Below are positions 44,761-59,739 of a DNA stretch of 64,000 nucleotides, piece by piece; the first letter of the stretch is position 1; each line of letters opens with the position of its first letter. The DNA lies in the NCBI RefSeq assembly GCF_009914755.1, contig NC_060936.1; one strand, 5' to 3'. Below the pieces are notes generated by a model, which made no database searches, was not told the origin of the DNA, and worked only from the letters and a program-made list of their open reading frames with translations. The stretch comes from the human T2T-CHM13v2.0 reference genome, Homo sapiens. A program made the position numbers and the translations under genes.

Positions 44761-45437
44761 TGGATATTACTTTTCACAGTAAGTGCTCATTAAATGATAG
44801 CTATTATTATTTTCAATATTACTACTACTGCTATTATTACTAAGGCAATAATAATTATTTATGCAATGAGTGAAATAACACTTATTTAATGTTTACTGTG
44901 GGGCAAGGCCCTGAGGATATGTTGAAGCATGAAATGTTCTGAAAGAATTTGTGGGTTACTTCAGCAAAGAAGATCTACATGAAAGTTAATAGAAATAAGG
45001 TAACATTTACCTTGTTATATAGGGCTGGGTAGATAGGAACTCTCAATAGAAAAGCTCCAATTACCTGTTATAGAACCACTGCTCTTTGCCTGATGGTGTT
45101 AAGAAAAAAGGGAGATCTCAGGGTAGAGGGTATAATTCTTCAGTGTGCCAATGGGAAGAATGGGAGGCTGCCCTCATGGGTGCCAAGTGCTAGGAGCCTA
45201 AATCAGGCCTTCTTTCCCTATGCCCATTCCTGCTTCCATTGTCTACTTTCATTTTCTTCTAGAGAGGGCATTGACTTAATGCAGTATTAAATCCTGAATC
45301 TGAGAGACGTAATGGCAGAGGCCCAACTTCATCATTTCTTTCCTAACTTAATTAATATTCAGAGTCATACATGATCATAAATAATAGGAGGATAACATGT
45401 CTGATTAAAGGGTGCTTTTGTTCCTGCATTAGCATAA

Positions 45438-45815
<378 letters not shown>

Positions 45816-46593
45816 TAATTTTTCTTAAGCTGTATCATCCCAGTTGCTCACTGTTTTTGTTGAGTTATTCTTTAAGATTTTTAAACAGTTTTCTTTTGCT
45901 GTTTATATTAACTTTTAGCTTTATTTTATAGAATAAAACAAGGAGCAGTTATGAGTCTGAAACAGTTTAATGGGTTTCAACAGGACATGTGACAAGTCAT
46001 AAGCCAGCAAACTTCATGGTTCTCTTCATGAGCCTTGAGACAATGCAATAAAGTTCTGATTCCCAGGAATAGTTTTTGGGAGACTGGAGGTTATGTATCA
46101 GGGGATTAATAAATAACCCTCAAATTTATGTTCCATGGAATGCATAACTAGCCAAATTTCTTTTCCAGCAACATACTGAACATTCAAAGCAGACTTTGTA
46201 TGCCGTGGCAAAACCACAGTCTGTCTGGACAGTAGTCAGTAGATTTTTATGTAAACATAAATTGCTTTCTTCAATGGAGCGTTTAAAGCTGAGGGCCTGC
46301 CTAAGCACTGTGTATATTAGGGTCCCATGGTCCTTGTCAGGAATATGGATTTCACCAGTGTTCATGGTCCAAGTTTTTCCTTCCAAACCTGGACAATTGC
46401 TGGCTCTATGCCATCCACAGGCTGGAAGCCTGTTCTGCTGGCTGATAAGTGTCCTGGTCTGAGAAATGCTCAGAGCAGGATGCACAGCACAGTATCCATC
46501 TGTTGTGGTTCTTTAGTTTGCCTTGGTGACTTCACTCATCTGATTGGGGCAACTTTGAAATGGGTGGTAATTCTGTGTTTCTTCACTTCTTAG

Positions 46594-46756
46594 GAAAGAC
46601 CAGAACCTGTTGTCTCCAGTGAACTGCTGGTATTTGCTCCTGAACCAAGTAAGGAGAGAAAGCAAAGACCATGCAACCTTGAGTGACATCTATCTGAACA
46701 ATGTGATTATGCGGTTCATGCAGATAAGTGAGGATTCTACCAGGATGTTTAAAAAG
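46594..46756 (+). CDS. SRGAP1: SRGAP1 coding exon 3 (163 nt), F-BAR domain
   Basis: Acceptor tttcttcacttcttag|G completes the AA|G Lys codon from exon 2. Encodes KDQNLLSPVNCWYLLLNQVRRESKDHATLSDIYLNNVIMRFMQISEDSTRMFKK. Donor AAG|gtacac, phase 0. Confidence 0.96.
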
Positions 46757-46833
46757 GTACACTCCATAAATCCTGCCATAGTGTGCTTTCCAATAACTGC
46801 CTTGTCTATAACCAGGACTGAGAACGGTATCTG

Positions 46834-47282
<449 letters not shown>

Positions 47283-48499
47283 AGGTATAAGGCATACTTA
47301 TAGAGTTATAAGTCAGTGAATCTATGAGCTACACAATGTGAGCAAAAATTTTGATATAAGATGTTCCTGCAAATTGTACCTCTGCCCAGGAACGGACTAC
47401 CTGTACTCATGAAAAATCAGACCAGAGGGTAAATGCCTTGAATTCTTTGTTTGGGGCTCACACATGATGAGAAACTTGTGAAGAACAAGATTATTACATG
47501 TGCTACTCTCTTGAGAAGATGTTAGCACAGTCTTTCTTAGTTCACCAGACCAGCAGTAGAGGCTGTGAGAGAGCGACATGAAGAAAATTTCACAGGGCAC
47601 AGAAAATTCCATCCCTTACACACCAGCGAGCTTCCTCCTTCCCAAATCCATTAAAAAACAATAACTGGGCTTTGAAGTTTTCTAATCGTTGTTACTAATC
47701 TCAGCCAACTCTCAGCAATTTTTTTGTTGTGTGGACATTTTTGCTGAGCACAAATAATAAAATGGGACCATTTCCTGTGCAGAGAATGCAGCTACTTGCC
47801 CAGTACGACTAGCGTTCATTTTTTATGCTTGCAAGATGAGAGTTTTCCCCCACTCTCTCAGCTTTGTATTAGGAATGTTGATGCCTGTACCTATACCTGT
47901 ACCTCTATTCAGTGAGTAATTATTAGTTTCAGAAAGTAGCGGGGAGAAAAACCTCTCTGTAGATTAATGACATATTTATGTTTCAGAGAGGCTCCTTAAA
48001 ACAAAGACATAGTGTTAAGCAGGCCAGCTGGAAAATTTCTTAGTCATGTTTGATGTATCCACATTAGATTTGATTTCTGACCTAGAAAGGGAATTTAGCA
48101 AGCTCTAAGTCACCTTATGCTCCATTAAATAGAAAAACAAATTTCAAACAAAGGAGAAACTTTAAAAATTGAAACTAAGGAGCATACAATTTAAGAAGAG
48201 ATAAAGAAATATCCTATGCGTCTTAAATAGTAGAGTTTTAAAAAAATAATTTAGACAGAGCTGTGAAAGTGCAATAATTTTCTTGTATATGAGCTCTTTA
48301 TGCAGAGATCTCGTTTGGTTCAGCAGGTTTTTCTGAGCATCTCCTATGGGCAGGAGACTACGATGACAGGTGCTGAAAAGGCTACAAAGATGAAGAAAAT
48401 CTATTCCTGGTGCTCAAGGAGGTCACAATTTATCCAAATTTGTATGGCACTATATAATGCTTCTTATTCAGACAGGGCCTCTAGGACCAGTAACTCTAC

Positions 48500-48920
48500 T
48501 GAGTTCATTTATTTATCCATTCAACAAAGCATCTTTAAAATGCCTGGCTAGGGGAGCAGAGCTAAAAGACATGTCCCTGCCTGCAAGGAGCTCATTACAG
48601 TAATTAACAGTTACTACGCTAAATGGAACTGGAAGGCTGGAGATCTTAACTCTACCTAGGGGATGAGGAAATTGTTCTCAGAAAGGGGAACACTTGAAGT
48701 GAGACTTGTAGGAGAAGGAGGCATTCATCTAACAGAAGGACAATGAGCTATTCCAGGAAAGGAGAGCATGAGCATGTTCAGGGAAAGGAAAGAGTTTGAT
48801 ATGATTGGACCAGGGATCGTATGGGAGTGGGTGATGGGATGTGAAGCTAGAAAGGATGGTCATGTAAGAAGGGACTTTGTACGTCTTGCTAAAATGTGAG
48901 GATGTGTATTTTGTAAGTCA
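48500..48920 (-). mobile_element. L2 fragment
   Basis: ttcatttatttatccattcaacaaa...gtccctgcctgcaaggagctca...ttccaggaaaggagagcatgagc. Confidence 0.6.
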
Positions 48921-49034
48921 AAGTCAAGGGCTTGATAAAGTTGATAGAAACCTAGGGCTAAGAGTCAAACAGATTTGGATTTAAATCCCAGCCCTTCTGC
49001 ATACTTGCTTTGTGATCTTGGGAGATCATTCCAG

Positions 49035-49340
49035 AGATTCAAGAGCAGGCTCTCCATTCTTGAGGAAGCAAGAAAGGCAAAATTGGGCAGAAGGAGAGGC
49101 TGCACCTGTGAGTGCTCTGGGGCTGGCATGGCATTTGGAGTGATCTCATATCCAGGCAAGGAGACTTGGCCTTTGTTTTGGGGAGGGATTAAGTAATCTT
49201 GGAGTGAGGCAGCTCCCTTTGGTGGAGGGTAATTCCCAGAGAGGGATCAGCTCTGAGTTTCAACAGCTAGCAGCCGGTATTCCCAGTAGTTGGAGGAATG
49301 AGTTGCTGGCTCTTGAGGAATGGCCTGGAGAATGCACAGT
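49035..49340 (-). mobile_element. LTR33-like ERVL LTR fragment
   Basis: ggcagctccc...gagggtaattcccagagagggatcagctctgag...cccagtagttggaggaatgag. Confidence 0.55.
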
Positions 49341-49342
49341 AA

Positions 49343-49344
<2 letters not shown>

Positions 49345-49398
<54 letters not shown>

Positions 49399-49422
49399 AG
49401 AGAGAGAGACAGAGAGACAGAC
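49345..49422. repeat. (CA)n microsatellite followed by (GA)-rich sequence
   Basis: Directly visible. Confidence 0.95.
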
Positions 49423-49895
49423 AAAAACAGATATGTCTTCTTGCTTGCTACCAGGAGTTCTCTTCTTATCCAGATTTTCTGGTTCTCAAAGAATTTCATC
49501 CTTGGAAACTGCCTATTTACAGTGGATTCCTGGTTACTTTGGCATTTAGTAGGGGGAATGCTCTATGCTTCCTGATCAGCTTTCTCATTCCTAACCATTG
49601 CTGACCACCTGGAAGGGTAACAAGTCATTACAATTACAGGTGTGAAGTTCTGCCTTCCTCGAGCAAACACAGCAGACTACAGACCTTACCTTCCCATCTG
49701 TGTTATTGCTGGAAGAGGAAAGAACAAGAGAGGCAAAGGACACAGGGAGAAATCAGAGTTTACGGAGGAGTAAGATCAACCCCTAGGACACATTTGTCAT
49801 CTGAAAGAATAGGAAGCCAGAATCTATATCTACCAAGTCCAAAGAATTCCAGGTCCCTTTAGATTAGAAAGTCTTTCCTGCCTTTTTTTTTTGTA

Positions 49896-50025
49896 CCCAT
49901 TTATGCCTGAGGTTGCAATTTTTTTAATTTTTACAATTAGAACTTGGCAATTACCTTGACCAGCAAGATACAAATTACTCCCACATGCTTAGCATTCCAA
50001 TAGTGGAACACTAGGCATAAATGGG
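49896..50025. mobile_element. MER85 (non-autonomous piggyBac/PGBD3-derived MITE)
   Basis: Perfect 13-bp TIRs CCCATTTATGCCT...AGGCATAAATGGG; internal gaggttgcaattttt...actcccacatgcttagc.ttccaata.tggaacac; TTAA TSD degraded (tgta / ttttaa). Confidence 0.9.
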
Positions 50026-50659
50026 TTTTAATCACCGATCTTCCTCTTTTCTAGCTCTTCTTCCATTGTTATGGTTCTAGGTCAGAAGCCTATTTTCTAT
50101 CAAAATGGAAAGAAATTATTAGTGTGAATCTGAAGCAGCCTTTAGAACTGCTGTGGAGTCATTAGTGAGCATAATGCTTGTTTTCCTTGGGGAGAAGATT
50201 TTGAGACTTCCGCATGTTTCAATAATGTCCCCATGTCTGTATGGAGATCCAAATAAATGCTGTGTGCCTGATAGTTTTGGCCTCTTAAACAGCCATATCT
50301 TATACAGTTTAGTCAATGACAAAAAATCATTTACCCAAATTATTCTGTCTGATAAGGAGTTTGGAGCAGGTAATTTCAGGAATTTTTTTCTGTCTAAATG
50401 GATATAATAATCAAGAAGACACTTGTAGAAATAATTCCATGCAGAGCTATAGGGAACAGCTTCAAGACTTAAATCTTAATTACATCAGAACCAGTTATAG
50501 ACATAGTTGCCTAAACTCAAAAGTTTTCAACAGGTTAAAAAAAAAAAAAAGTGAAGCATTTTAAAAATAACAATATTCAACTATTCAAATACTGATTATT
50601 TTAGATTTATGCCTTTAAAATTCTAAATGAAGCCTATTGGTCAAAATAATAGTGATTCA

Positions 50660-50875
50660 GCTTTTAGGTTCTGAAATCAGATATTCTGGGTATGAATCCT
50701 GGCTTTACCACTGTTGGGAGCTGTGTGGACTTGGGAATATTTGTAAATACGCCTCAGTTTCTGCAGCTATAAAGTGGATATAGTAATCTACTCCAGATAG
50801 TCGTTTAGAGGATTCATGAGTTATATATGGAAAACCACTTAGCCTAGTGTCTGGACTTAATAAGTCCTGGTAACT
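50660..50875 (+). mobile_element. MIR
   Basis: tgaatcctggctttaccact...gcctcagtttc...gaggattcatgag. Confidence 0.7.
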
Positions 50876-53773
50876 TTTATCTAATATCTTTATTATTATC
50901 TCTATTATAAGCACTTATTCTATATACCTACAATAATTATGTAATGTGAGATTATACCAAATATTATACCAAATGTGTCCTCATTCTAAGGAGAGTATCA
51001 TAATGATGTGAAAAACCCTTCCAGAGAATCAGTTTTATTTACTACTTATTATGAAGTTCCAAACAATATTTGTAAGCAAACAGTGATAAGTGCCCTCACA
51101 ACAGCATTGTTTGTGGCTAAATTAAGAGTTTTGTCCTCACCTTTGAACATTTAGTGGGAAATCAGGGAGTATCCAAGTGAATGCACAAGCTGGCCGAGAC
51201 TCCATGCCTCTCAAATCCCCCACAGCCATTTCACATGGAGCGCCTTACCTTTGAGGCTGAATTGATTTCTTCATTCAACAAAAGAGTTATTTAATTCCAG
51301 ACCTTCTACTAGATGTAGACAATGTAAACACAGATAGGAGAGTACTCTGCTTTTAACCTCTTAAGTTCTGCTTAGCTATTTTAAGAGAAGGTCAGAATTT
51401 GGAGGCTCCTGCTACACAAGGGCTTGTTTCATTCTCAACCCTCACTTGTTTCCCAAAGAACCAGGGCTGATGTGCCTCTTGCCCTGTTCTCCAGCTCTGC
51501 CTTCTGCAGTCATGAGCTTTTGCTTCCTTCTTTCCATTACTCATGCTGAAACAGAGTACTCTGCATCTGGTTTGGTTCTGCAGCCAGAAAATGTGCAGTT
51601 CATATGCTACGCATAAAAATGTAATTAATGTCATCTGTCACAGTTGCAGGACAGGCTATCCAGCCAGCTTGCAATAATCACTTTATTTAAGCACCTAATC
51701 ACAAGGTGTTATTTACCAATTTTAAGAACGTTAATAGAAGTATGTAGTTTGGAGGTATACCATCAAATGGTGGCATTTGAATATGTTAGGTTATCTCTAT
51801 GGGTTTTAAATTACCTTGAAGTCTGTCATTTCCCCAAAGATTGTTTTAAAATCATTAATATTTTTTATCCTTCCTTGGTTTACATAAATACATGTACAAT
51901 ATAATTCATCTTGTTTCTTCACCAATAATGATATCTATAAGCTGCCACTTACTGAGTTTTAGCTATGTGCCAAGCACTGTACTCTACATTTTCATAAATT
52001 AGCTCACATATCCTCACAGCTGCCCAGAGAACAGGTATTATATCCACACTTCAGGGATAAGGAAACAAAATGCTCAGGAGTATAAATTGCAGCATCAGGC
52101 TGACTAGCATGTATTCTTGTCTTTGCCCGTATGTCTTAGATAGTTCATAGCTCCTATGTACTCTGTTGGTATTTTTTGGTGGTAGAGATGTCACCCAATG
52201 CATAGGGTCAGAAACTTCTGAGAAATAGGACACTATGGTTCTTGTCCTAGTCATTCTTATGAAAAGACTGAAGAATGATATTCTGGGAAGAGGCACAACA
52301 TTTGTCAATCATCCAAGTTATAGGGAGGGATTCAAAGCAGCAGAAACTGGCCCAAAGCCAGTGAGAATAACCCCTCTTTGGCATAAGTCCCATAGGTTGT
52401 CAGAGTCAGACTCACAGAAATTCAGTTGACTCACTTTAGGTATTGCTGATTGTGTGGCTTAATCTGAAAGAAAGGAAAGGTTACTAGTAAGATTCATACT
52501 TATTTTTTATTTTGATCAAAGACAGCCATATTCTATTTAAATACCCCAACATGAAAAAAAAAGCAAAGATATTTTATGGAGGAGAAAAGCTGTAGTTTCA
52601 AATACACCATTTAAAATAGGTTAATATTCAAACATGTTTTAGTAGAAGTTAATAAAAGATACCACTTGACTACAGATCTCTAAGGCTCTGACCTTGTTTT
52701 TTTTTTTAAAAAAAGTACCATAAGTTAAAAGCATCTGAAAACTACCAATCTCTATATGTGAAAAAAGAACCTATTTCTCTTTGAATATAAAAATAGATAT
52801 AGATTGTAGAAATTTAGAAAACGCTATAAATATAAAAAGAAATAATAATTACCCATATTAACACTAACTACTTTTAAATTTTAGGCTCTATCTTTTCACT
52901 ATTTATATGTGTATACATATACTTAAATATATATGTGTATATTTTACAGAATTGAGATTTCATTCTATATGGCTTGGAAAGGTGCCATTTTCATATAGAA
53001 TATTATTAGCATTTCTCACATCTGGAAATAGGCTACCTCATGACTACATAGTACTTTACTATGTGCATGGCCATGTTAGTTTTCTGTTGTTAGACATTTA
53101 AATCTATGATTTTTTTTCTTATGCTACATTTTTTGAAGTAGAATTATCAAGTCAGAGGGTGGCCTTTGAATTTTGTTAGAATTTCATGTCTTGAATTAAA
53201 TTCTTACTGTTTTCTTTTCTGGAGTAATGATGGTCATGGTTGTCATGTACAAACAGGTCATATATTCGCTGAAAAATTAATTGGCTTTTATTAGCAGTAA
53301 GCTAACACATATAGTTTAGTATACTTATATAACAGTAGTAAATAATATAACAAGAAGAACTTTTCCAAAGCATTTTAGTGCAGTGTTGCAGAAGAATTAA
53401 ATGGTATTCTGGTGGCCTCAAGGGGCAGCTTAATTATTGATAGGGCCTGGATAAATAAGAATAGTTCAAGCTAACACTGCTAGCTGGTTCTCTTGGGTTT
53501 TATCAACCCTATGACTAACTTTTTATTTTTTAAGAAATAAGCCAAAACTAAACTATCATTTTTTGCAATGATGTAATTTTCTGAAATATTTTAGAAAATA
53601 TTTTTAATTTGTATTTATAAATTGCTTATCAGGATGGCAAGCACATAATAAATGCTCTCTGAATAGCAATTATTGGTGCTGCTGTTCTTGGAGTTACATT
53701 GTTGCTTTTATTATTTAGTAACAACAGGATATGTGTGATTGGCCTGGCTTTAACTTTAATATAACAAGAGGAA

Positions 53774-54114
53774 GTACTGAATTCTGAAGGCAACTGTAAC
53801 ACAATGGTAAGTATTTGAGTATCTAAACACAGAAAAAGGTACAATACAATTACAGTATGCAAGATAAAAAAAATGATACACCTGCATAGGGCAGCTCCAT
53901 TCTAATCTTATGGGACCACCGTCATTGAGTACAATAACATGCTATACAGGTTTGTAGCCTAGGAACAGTAGATTATACCATATAGAACAGGTATATAGTA
54001 GTCTATACCATCTGGATTTGTGTAAGTACACTCTATGATGTTCACACAATGATGAAATTGCCTAATGATGCATTCCTTAGAATATGTCTCTGTGGTTAAG
54101 TAATGGCCTGCCTG
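53774..54114. mobile_element. Tigger3-family (MER7/Golem) MITE with its 5' half inverted
   Basis: 53774-53923 is antisense to the 5' half (...cttatgggaccaccgtc); 53928-54114 is the sense 3' half (tacaggtttgtagcctagg...gtaagtacactctatgatgttc...) ending at ctg|ta. Confidence 0.8.
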
Positions 54115-54659
54115 TACTTGAACTCATAATTACATTGAGATAAGTGGTCAAGGAATGCTTGAAAACTTATTTTTTAGCTAAAATTAAAATCTAGAAGGGT
54201 AAATTGTTTTAAATGGATATCTCTAAGTTACTTTTATTTTCTTCTGTTTGCTTATCTGTAGTTTCTGATTTTACACAATGAACAAGTTGTATAATAAAAC
54301 ACACAATAAAACAGTTATTTTTTGTAAACTGAAGTCTGAAGGAAAAGTTTGGTCCAGGTATACCAGTGTTTGTTTGCTGTAAAGGAGTGGGAAAACCCTA
54401 TCCAGTAAATAATTCATCCCCAAATGCTGCTTATTAATGGAGAATCTGCCTATTCTCCGGGTCCAATTGAAAATTTCACTTGGATTATGCACTCTTAAGA
54501 TGGTTAAAATAGGAAGACATGAAATCAGAGGACTTCTGACTATGACGGCAGATTCTACATGGGCTCCAACCACCTTACTTCCCAAAGTATCTGTTAAATG
54601 ACCAATCGAATACATAAATAGGAAAAACTAGAATAATTATTTCGACTTCAAGCAGAGCC

Positions 54660-54930
54660 TATCACTCTTTTGCCCAAATCTTCTAATGACTCTCACCACA
54701 CTCAGAGCAAAAGTCTACATCCCCACCTCCCTTCCCCAGCTTTATTCTTCTTTATAGCACTTATCCCTTTGTGACATACTATATATTTACTTAATTATTT
54801 GTTGACTTTCTGTCCCCTCAATTCCAGTGTAAGTTCCTACGGGAAGAGACCTTCATGTTGTTCACTGAAACAATGACTGGCACAGAGTAGGTGCTCAGTA
54901 AATATTTATTGAATGAATAAGTAATGAATA
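54660..54930 (+). mobile_element. L2 3' end
   Basis: ctggcacagagtaggtgctcagtaaatatttattgaatgaata. Confidence 0.75.
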
Positions 54931-55524
54931 AAGATTTACTTCTGCATTAGAAACCAAAGATAGTGGCATTTACATAACAGAAGTTTCAAGGCATTTCAGC
55001 AAGACCCAGCATTAGCAAGGCTATGTTTAAGCAACACTATAATGTACATCCTACTTCCTGAGAGAAAGAAATCAGAGTGGGTCCTAGTAGTAACCTACCT
55101 TCACAGGTCAGCTAGGAGGACTGATGATGCTCATCACTGGAGCATCTTCTCTGTTCTATCACAGATTGGTAGCCCTGGGACCATGGCATTAAAAAGCACC
55201 ACACTTTGCTCTAAGCACCCATAGGCACCATGAAATTCACCGGAAGGTTCACATGGCACAGATTCCCACCTAACTCTCCCAACTGAAAATTGCTCTCAGG
55301 ATTATTTATATTCTTTTTCATCATTCCTTGAGATATTTGGAAATCCAGTCTATAGAAAAATTACTCAAGAACTGTCACTCAAAATCAAGCTCAGCCTGCC
55401 ATTTGACTCTTAAGACAATACCAGGCAAGCATGAACTTCCTTAGAGAGATAATTATGCACATACTTGCAGGAATAAGTATGAATAAACAGAGAAGAATAC
55501 ATAGTTCCTCTAAATACATGCTAT

Positions 55525-56900
55525 AGTTTATTCATTCCTTCTTCAATAAGTACTTATTGAAGCTTTCTTTGTCTCAGGCATTTGTCAAGATGTTGGGGAT
55601 ACAGCAGTAACCAATACAGGCCTTCTCCCTGCCCCTTGGATCTTATAGTGGGAAAGTACAATTACAATCTTAATTACAGAACAGCATGTTAATTGTACAG
55701 TAAGGGGAGAAGCCCCTTACTTCTTATGACTTGGAGATGAGGAAAGCTGCAATTTGAATCAGTTATTAAGAGTTAGCTGGAAAATGGTGGTAAAGGAGCA
55801 GAAAACTCTTCCAGGAAGAAACAGCATGTGTGAAGAACCACATGCCGTGAGAGATTTCATGGAGGAAAAAGGTGTTCTTTGTAGGTGACTCAAAGAATGG
55901 GAGAGGGCAGATGGCAAGAGAGATGATTGGAGAAATAAGGAGTTGAAATTAAAGGCCATATTGAGGAGTTCAAATTTATCCTAAGAGCAGTGGAAAGCCA
56001 TTCACAGGTTTAAACACGATAGTGACGTGATCCACTTTCAGTGTGCCTGGAGTGTGGAGAGTGGATTGAAAGATAATAAGACAGAAAGTCTCAGTTTGCA
56101 GCTCTTGGAACTAATCCAGATGAGAGATGAGGATGCTCTTCCTTGGTTGTGGCAGTAGAAACAGAGGAGCAGGTGGATTCGAGTGGTGTGTTGGAGATAG
56201 AATATGTAGGCCTGGGTAATTGATTGGCTGGGTGGGAGAGAAGAGAGATGTAGAGGGAGCAGTCAGAGGTGACACCCAGGCTTGGGCAGTTGTCAGGGTG
56301 ATAGGCGTCATATGAGAGGAGAAGGCTCAGGACACAGAGGCTGTGATGGGAACGGGATTATGGAAAACACGGTGTTTACTTTTGGGTGTGCCTATGGATA
56401 ACTGGGTAGAGAAGCCCCATAAGCAGACCAAGAACTTCAGGAGAGAGATCAAGACTAGAGAGTTGGGAATCTTCCACCTTTGGCAGGTCATTAAAATCTT
56501 GGGAGTAGCTGAGATAAACCAGGGAGAACATATAGGGTGAGGAGGGAAGAGTAAGAAAAACTCGCAGCAAAACTAGGAATTAAAGGATAAGAAGAAGAAC
56601 TGTATCCTATAAAATGACTGAGAAGGATCAGCCAGAGAGGTGAGAAGAAACGCAGGTCAGTGAGGTGTCCGGAAAGCTAAGTGAAGAAAATGCTGCCAGG
56701 AGGGAGTGGTCAATATGCAAAGGTCCATGATGTCCACTGAACTGAGCAGCAAAGGGTCATTGGTTATCTCTGTAAGAGCAGTCTGGGCAGAATGGCAGAT
56801 GTTGAGTGAGCAAGTTAGGACAGCAAATGTGGACAGTATTGTCTAGAAATTTGCCTGTGAAGAGGAGGAAAGATAAGGGAAGTATTTGAAGAAGAACATT
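55525..56900 (-). mobile_element. Long L2 fragment
   Basis: ttattcattcc...tttatcctaagagcagtggaaagcca...gagcagtcagaggtgacacccagg...ggagggagtggtcaa. Confidence 0.7.
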
Positions 56901-56915
56901 GGTCAAGAAAGGTAG

Positions 56916-56917
<2 letters not shown>

Positions 56918-56953
<36 letters not shown>
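56918..56953. repeat. (TG)n microsatellite
   Basis: Directly visible. Confidence 0.95.
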
Positions 56954-56959
<6 letters not shown>

Positions 56960-56991
56960 AAAAAACCAGGATGTTAGGACAAACTAGTTTA

Positions 56992-57296
<305 letters not shown>

Positions 57297-58014
57297 TCCA
57301 AAAATAATATGTTGAGGAAAAGGAGCCACAAAAAGGGAAGCTTGACATGTTAGGAGAGAACAGGTGTAATTGATTGATCCAAGACTCTGCCAAGGGGGCA
57401 GGTAATGGGACCCAAAGGACAGGCAGAGGGATTAGCCTCTGGCAAAAGACTGTATTTGGAGATGAAAGAAGAGTTCCTATGGATGCGGGATTCTCTATTC
57501 CTGTTTCTTTGTGAAGTTAGAAGTGATAACATCTCATAAGCAAGAGGAGAAGAAAGAATGGTCTATTGGGAAAATAAGGTTTGAGAAAAAGTAGAAAAGA
57601 TTTCAACCAACCCTTGGAGGGACCGATAATTAAAAATAAAAGAAATATGATATGAAAAAGAATCCCCACTTGAGAAAATATCACAATATGAAAATAAAAT
57701 ATGAGTTTTCAAACAAACTTGCTGAAAAGACACACATACACATACACACACAAACACGTAGTACTTTCGAGCCTCAAGCTTGCATGACTTCTACCCAGCA
57801 TTCCATAAAATCATCCTCTTTTCAAAAAGAACACAGATTAGGTCTTATATATAATATTAAATGTCAGAAAACAATGGAGCAAAACCTGCAAGGACAATTG
57901 AAGGAAAGTTACAACTCCAAAATTCTAGATACAACCAAGTTGTTATTCATTTTAAAAAGCAACTGAAGAGCAATCTTAAATATGTAGTGTACTTTCCTGA
58001 ATACACACTTAGTT

Positions 58015-58498
58015 TGGGTAGATTGTGTGCAAAGTTAGCATTTTCCTTTTATCAACTCCCTGAAGTATTTCTTGCCCACAGTGACTTTGGGCTTGGCCAT
58101 ATGACTTGCTTTGGTCAATGGGACAATGGTAAATGTGAAGCAAGCAGATACTTGAAAAGTGCTTCCAGATTGTGGCCTGCCCTCTTTTGATGTTTTTGGA
58201 CATGTAACAAGTTATCAAGTCCTAGCTAGCTTGCTGGATGAGGCACAAGACTACATGGAAGGCAACTGAAGCCTCCTAAGTGACAGCCAGCCAAATATTA
58301 CACATATATTGAGGACATCTTAGATCATCCAATTGCCAGCTGACCCCAGCTGATTGCAAATGCAAGAAAGAACACAGCCAAGCCAGCTCACAACAGAAGA
58401 ACCTCCCAGCTGGCCCACAGAAAACTGAGCTAAGTAAAGTGTTGCTTAAAGCCACTAAATTTGGATGTTTTGTTCCACAGCAAAAGTTAAATGATACA
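58015..58498 (+). mobile_element. MLT1G/H-like MaLR LTR
   Basis: tgactttgggcttggccatatgacttgctttggtcaatgg...aagccactaaatttgg...cagcaaaagttaaatgataca. Confidence 0.7.
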
Positions 58499-58599
58499 CT
58501 AGGTAAAGACCTGTGCCCTCCCCAAAAGGTAGATGAAATCAAAAGATAAAAATAGGTTTTGGGTAAATTGACTAAGTATACTCCACCATGCCTTTCCCA

Positions 58600-59697
58600 C
58601 TGAAGGCATTTTTAAAAACACTGAATACCCGCAGCAGTTTAAAAACTGAAAATTAAAAAGTAGCAGGTAGTTTGGGGAAGAAGACCAGATTTTTAAAATT
58701 CCGTCAAATTGGCATTATGTTTTCCACTTCTTTTCCTTCAGTATCCTCCAGCCTAAATGCAAGGCAGCTAGAAACCTGGAAGGAGACATTGGACTTACAT
58801 AAACATGGAGGGCTGTAGGAGAAGCTGTTAGCTGTGACACAAAAAGCAGAAAAGGGAAAATAAAGATGATCCCAAATTTTTCATTTTTCTCGCTACTTCC
58901 TCATGCCCCAGTCACCAGACAATCCCAAAATGGCAACAGCAGCAGTGACACCAACAGAGGCCTACAACTACCTACAACTCTGAAATAGAGAATCTTTCCT
59001 CCCTGATCAGAGGAGCTGTGATCCAAGAGGGTGGGGCAACAACCTGTTGTTTTATTTTCTGTCTGTCCTGCTGCCACTTGGCCTCAGATGTGGACACAGT
59101 CATAAGGAGTGTTTAGTAGATTAGAATAACTAAAGCCCCAACTTTCCAGTTAGAGCAATGAAAAGGGGAGCCCTAGGAACCAAAAAGTACTGGGGAGATT
59201 TCAGAAGGGGTAAAGGTTGAGAAAGCAACACCATAAAGTTCTTTATGAACTGCTGAATCCCTAAGCTACACATGAATGGGACTAATCCTAGACAGAAACC
59301 TACCAAAGACTTCGAGAATTGAACTATAGAATAGGAGCATTGTGTGAGTTCTAGAGAGGCCACTTTGTGGTGCATCTGCAGGACAGGTACAGATAGCACT
59401 GCAAAGGTGTTGGAAACAATTAACAATAGGATACTGGTCAGAATTTGTATTCCGAATCCAACCAGATTGATTTCCTGATAGAATAAAATTATCAGAATTC
59501 TGTATATGGTTTAAACAAGACTAGGAGTTTCATAATATAATATTCAGAATATCCAGAACACAATCCAAAATTACTCAGCATACAAAGAACCAGATAAATT
59601 TCAACTTCCATGAGTAAAACAATTGATAAACATCAAATTCTGAGATGACACAGATGTTTGAATTATCTAACAAAGATCTTGGGGGGGGTGTGTATGT

Positions 59698-59739
<42 letters not shown>

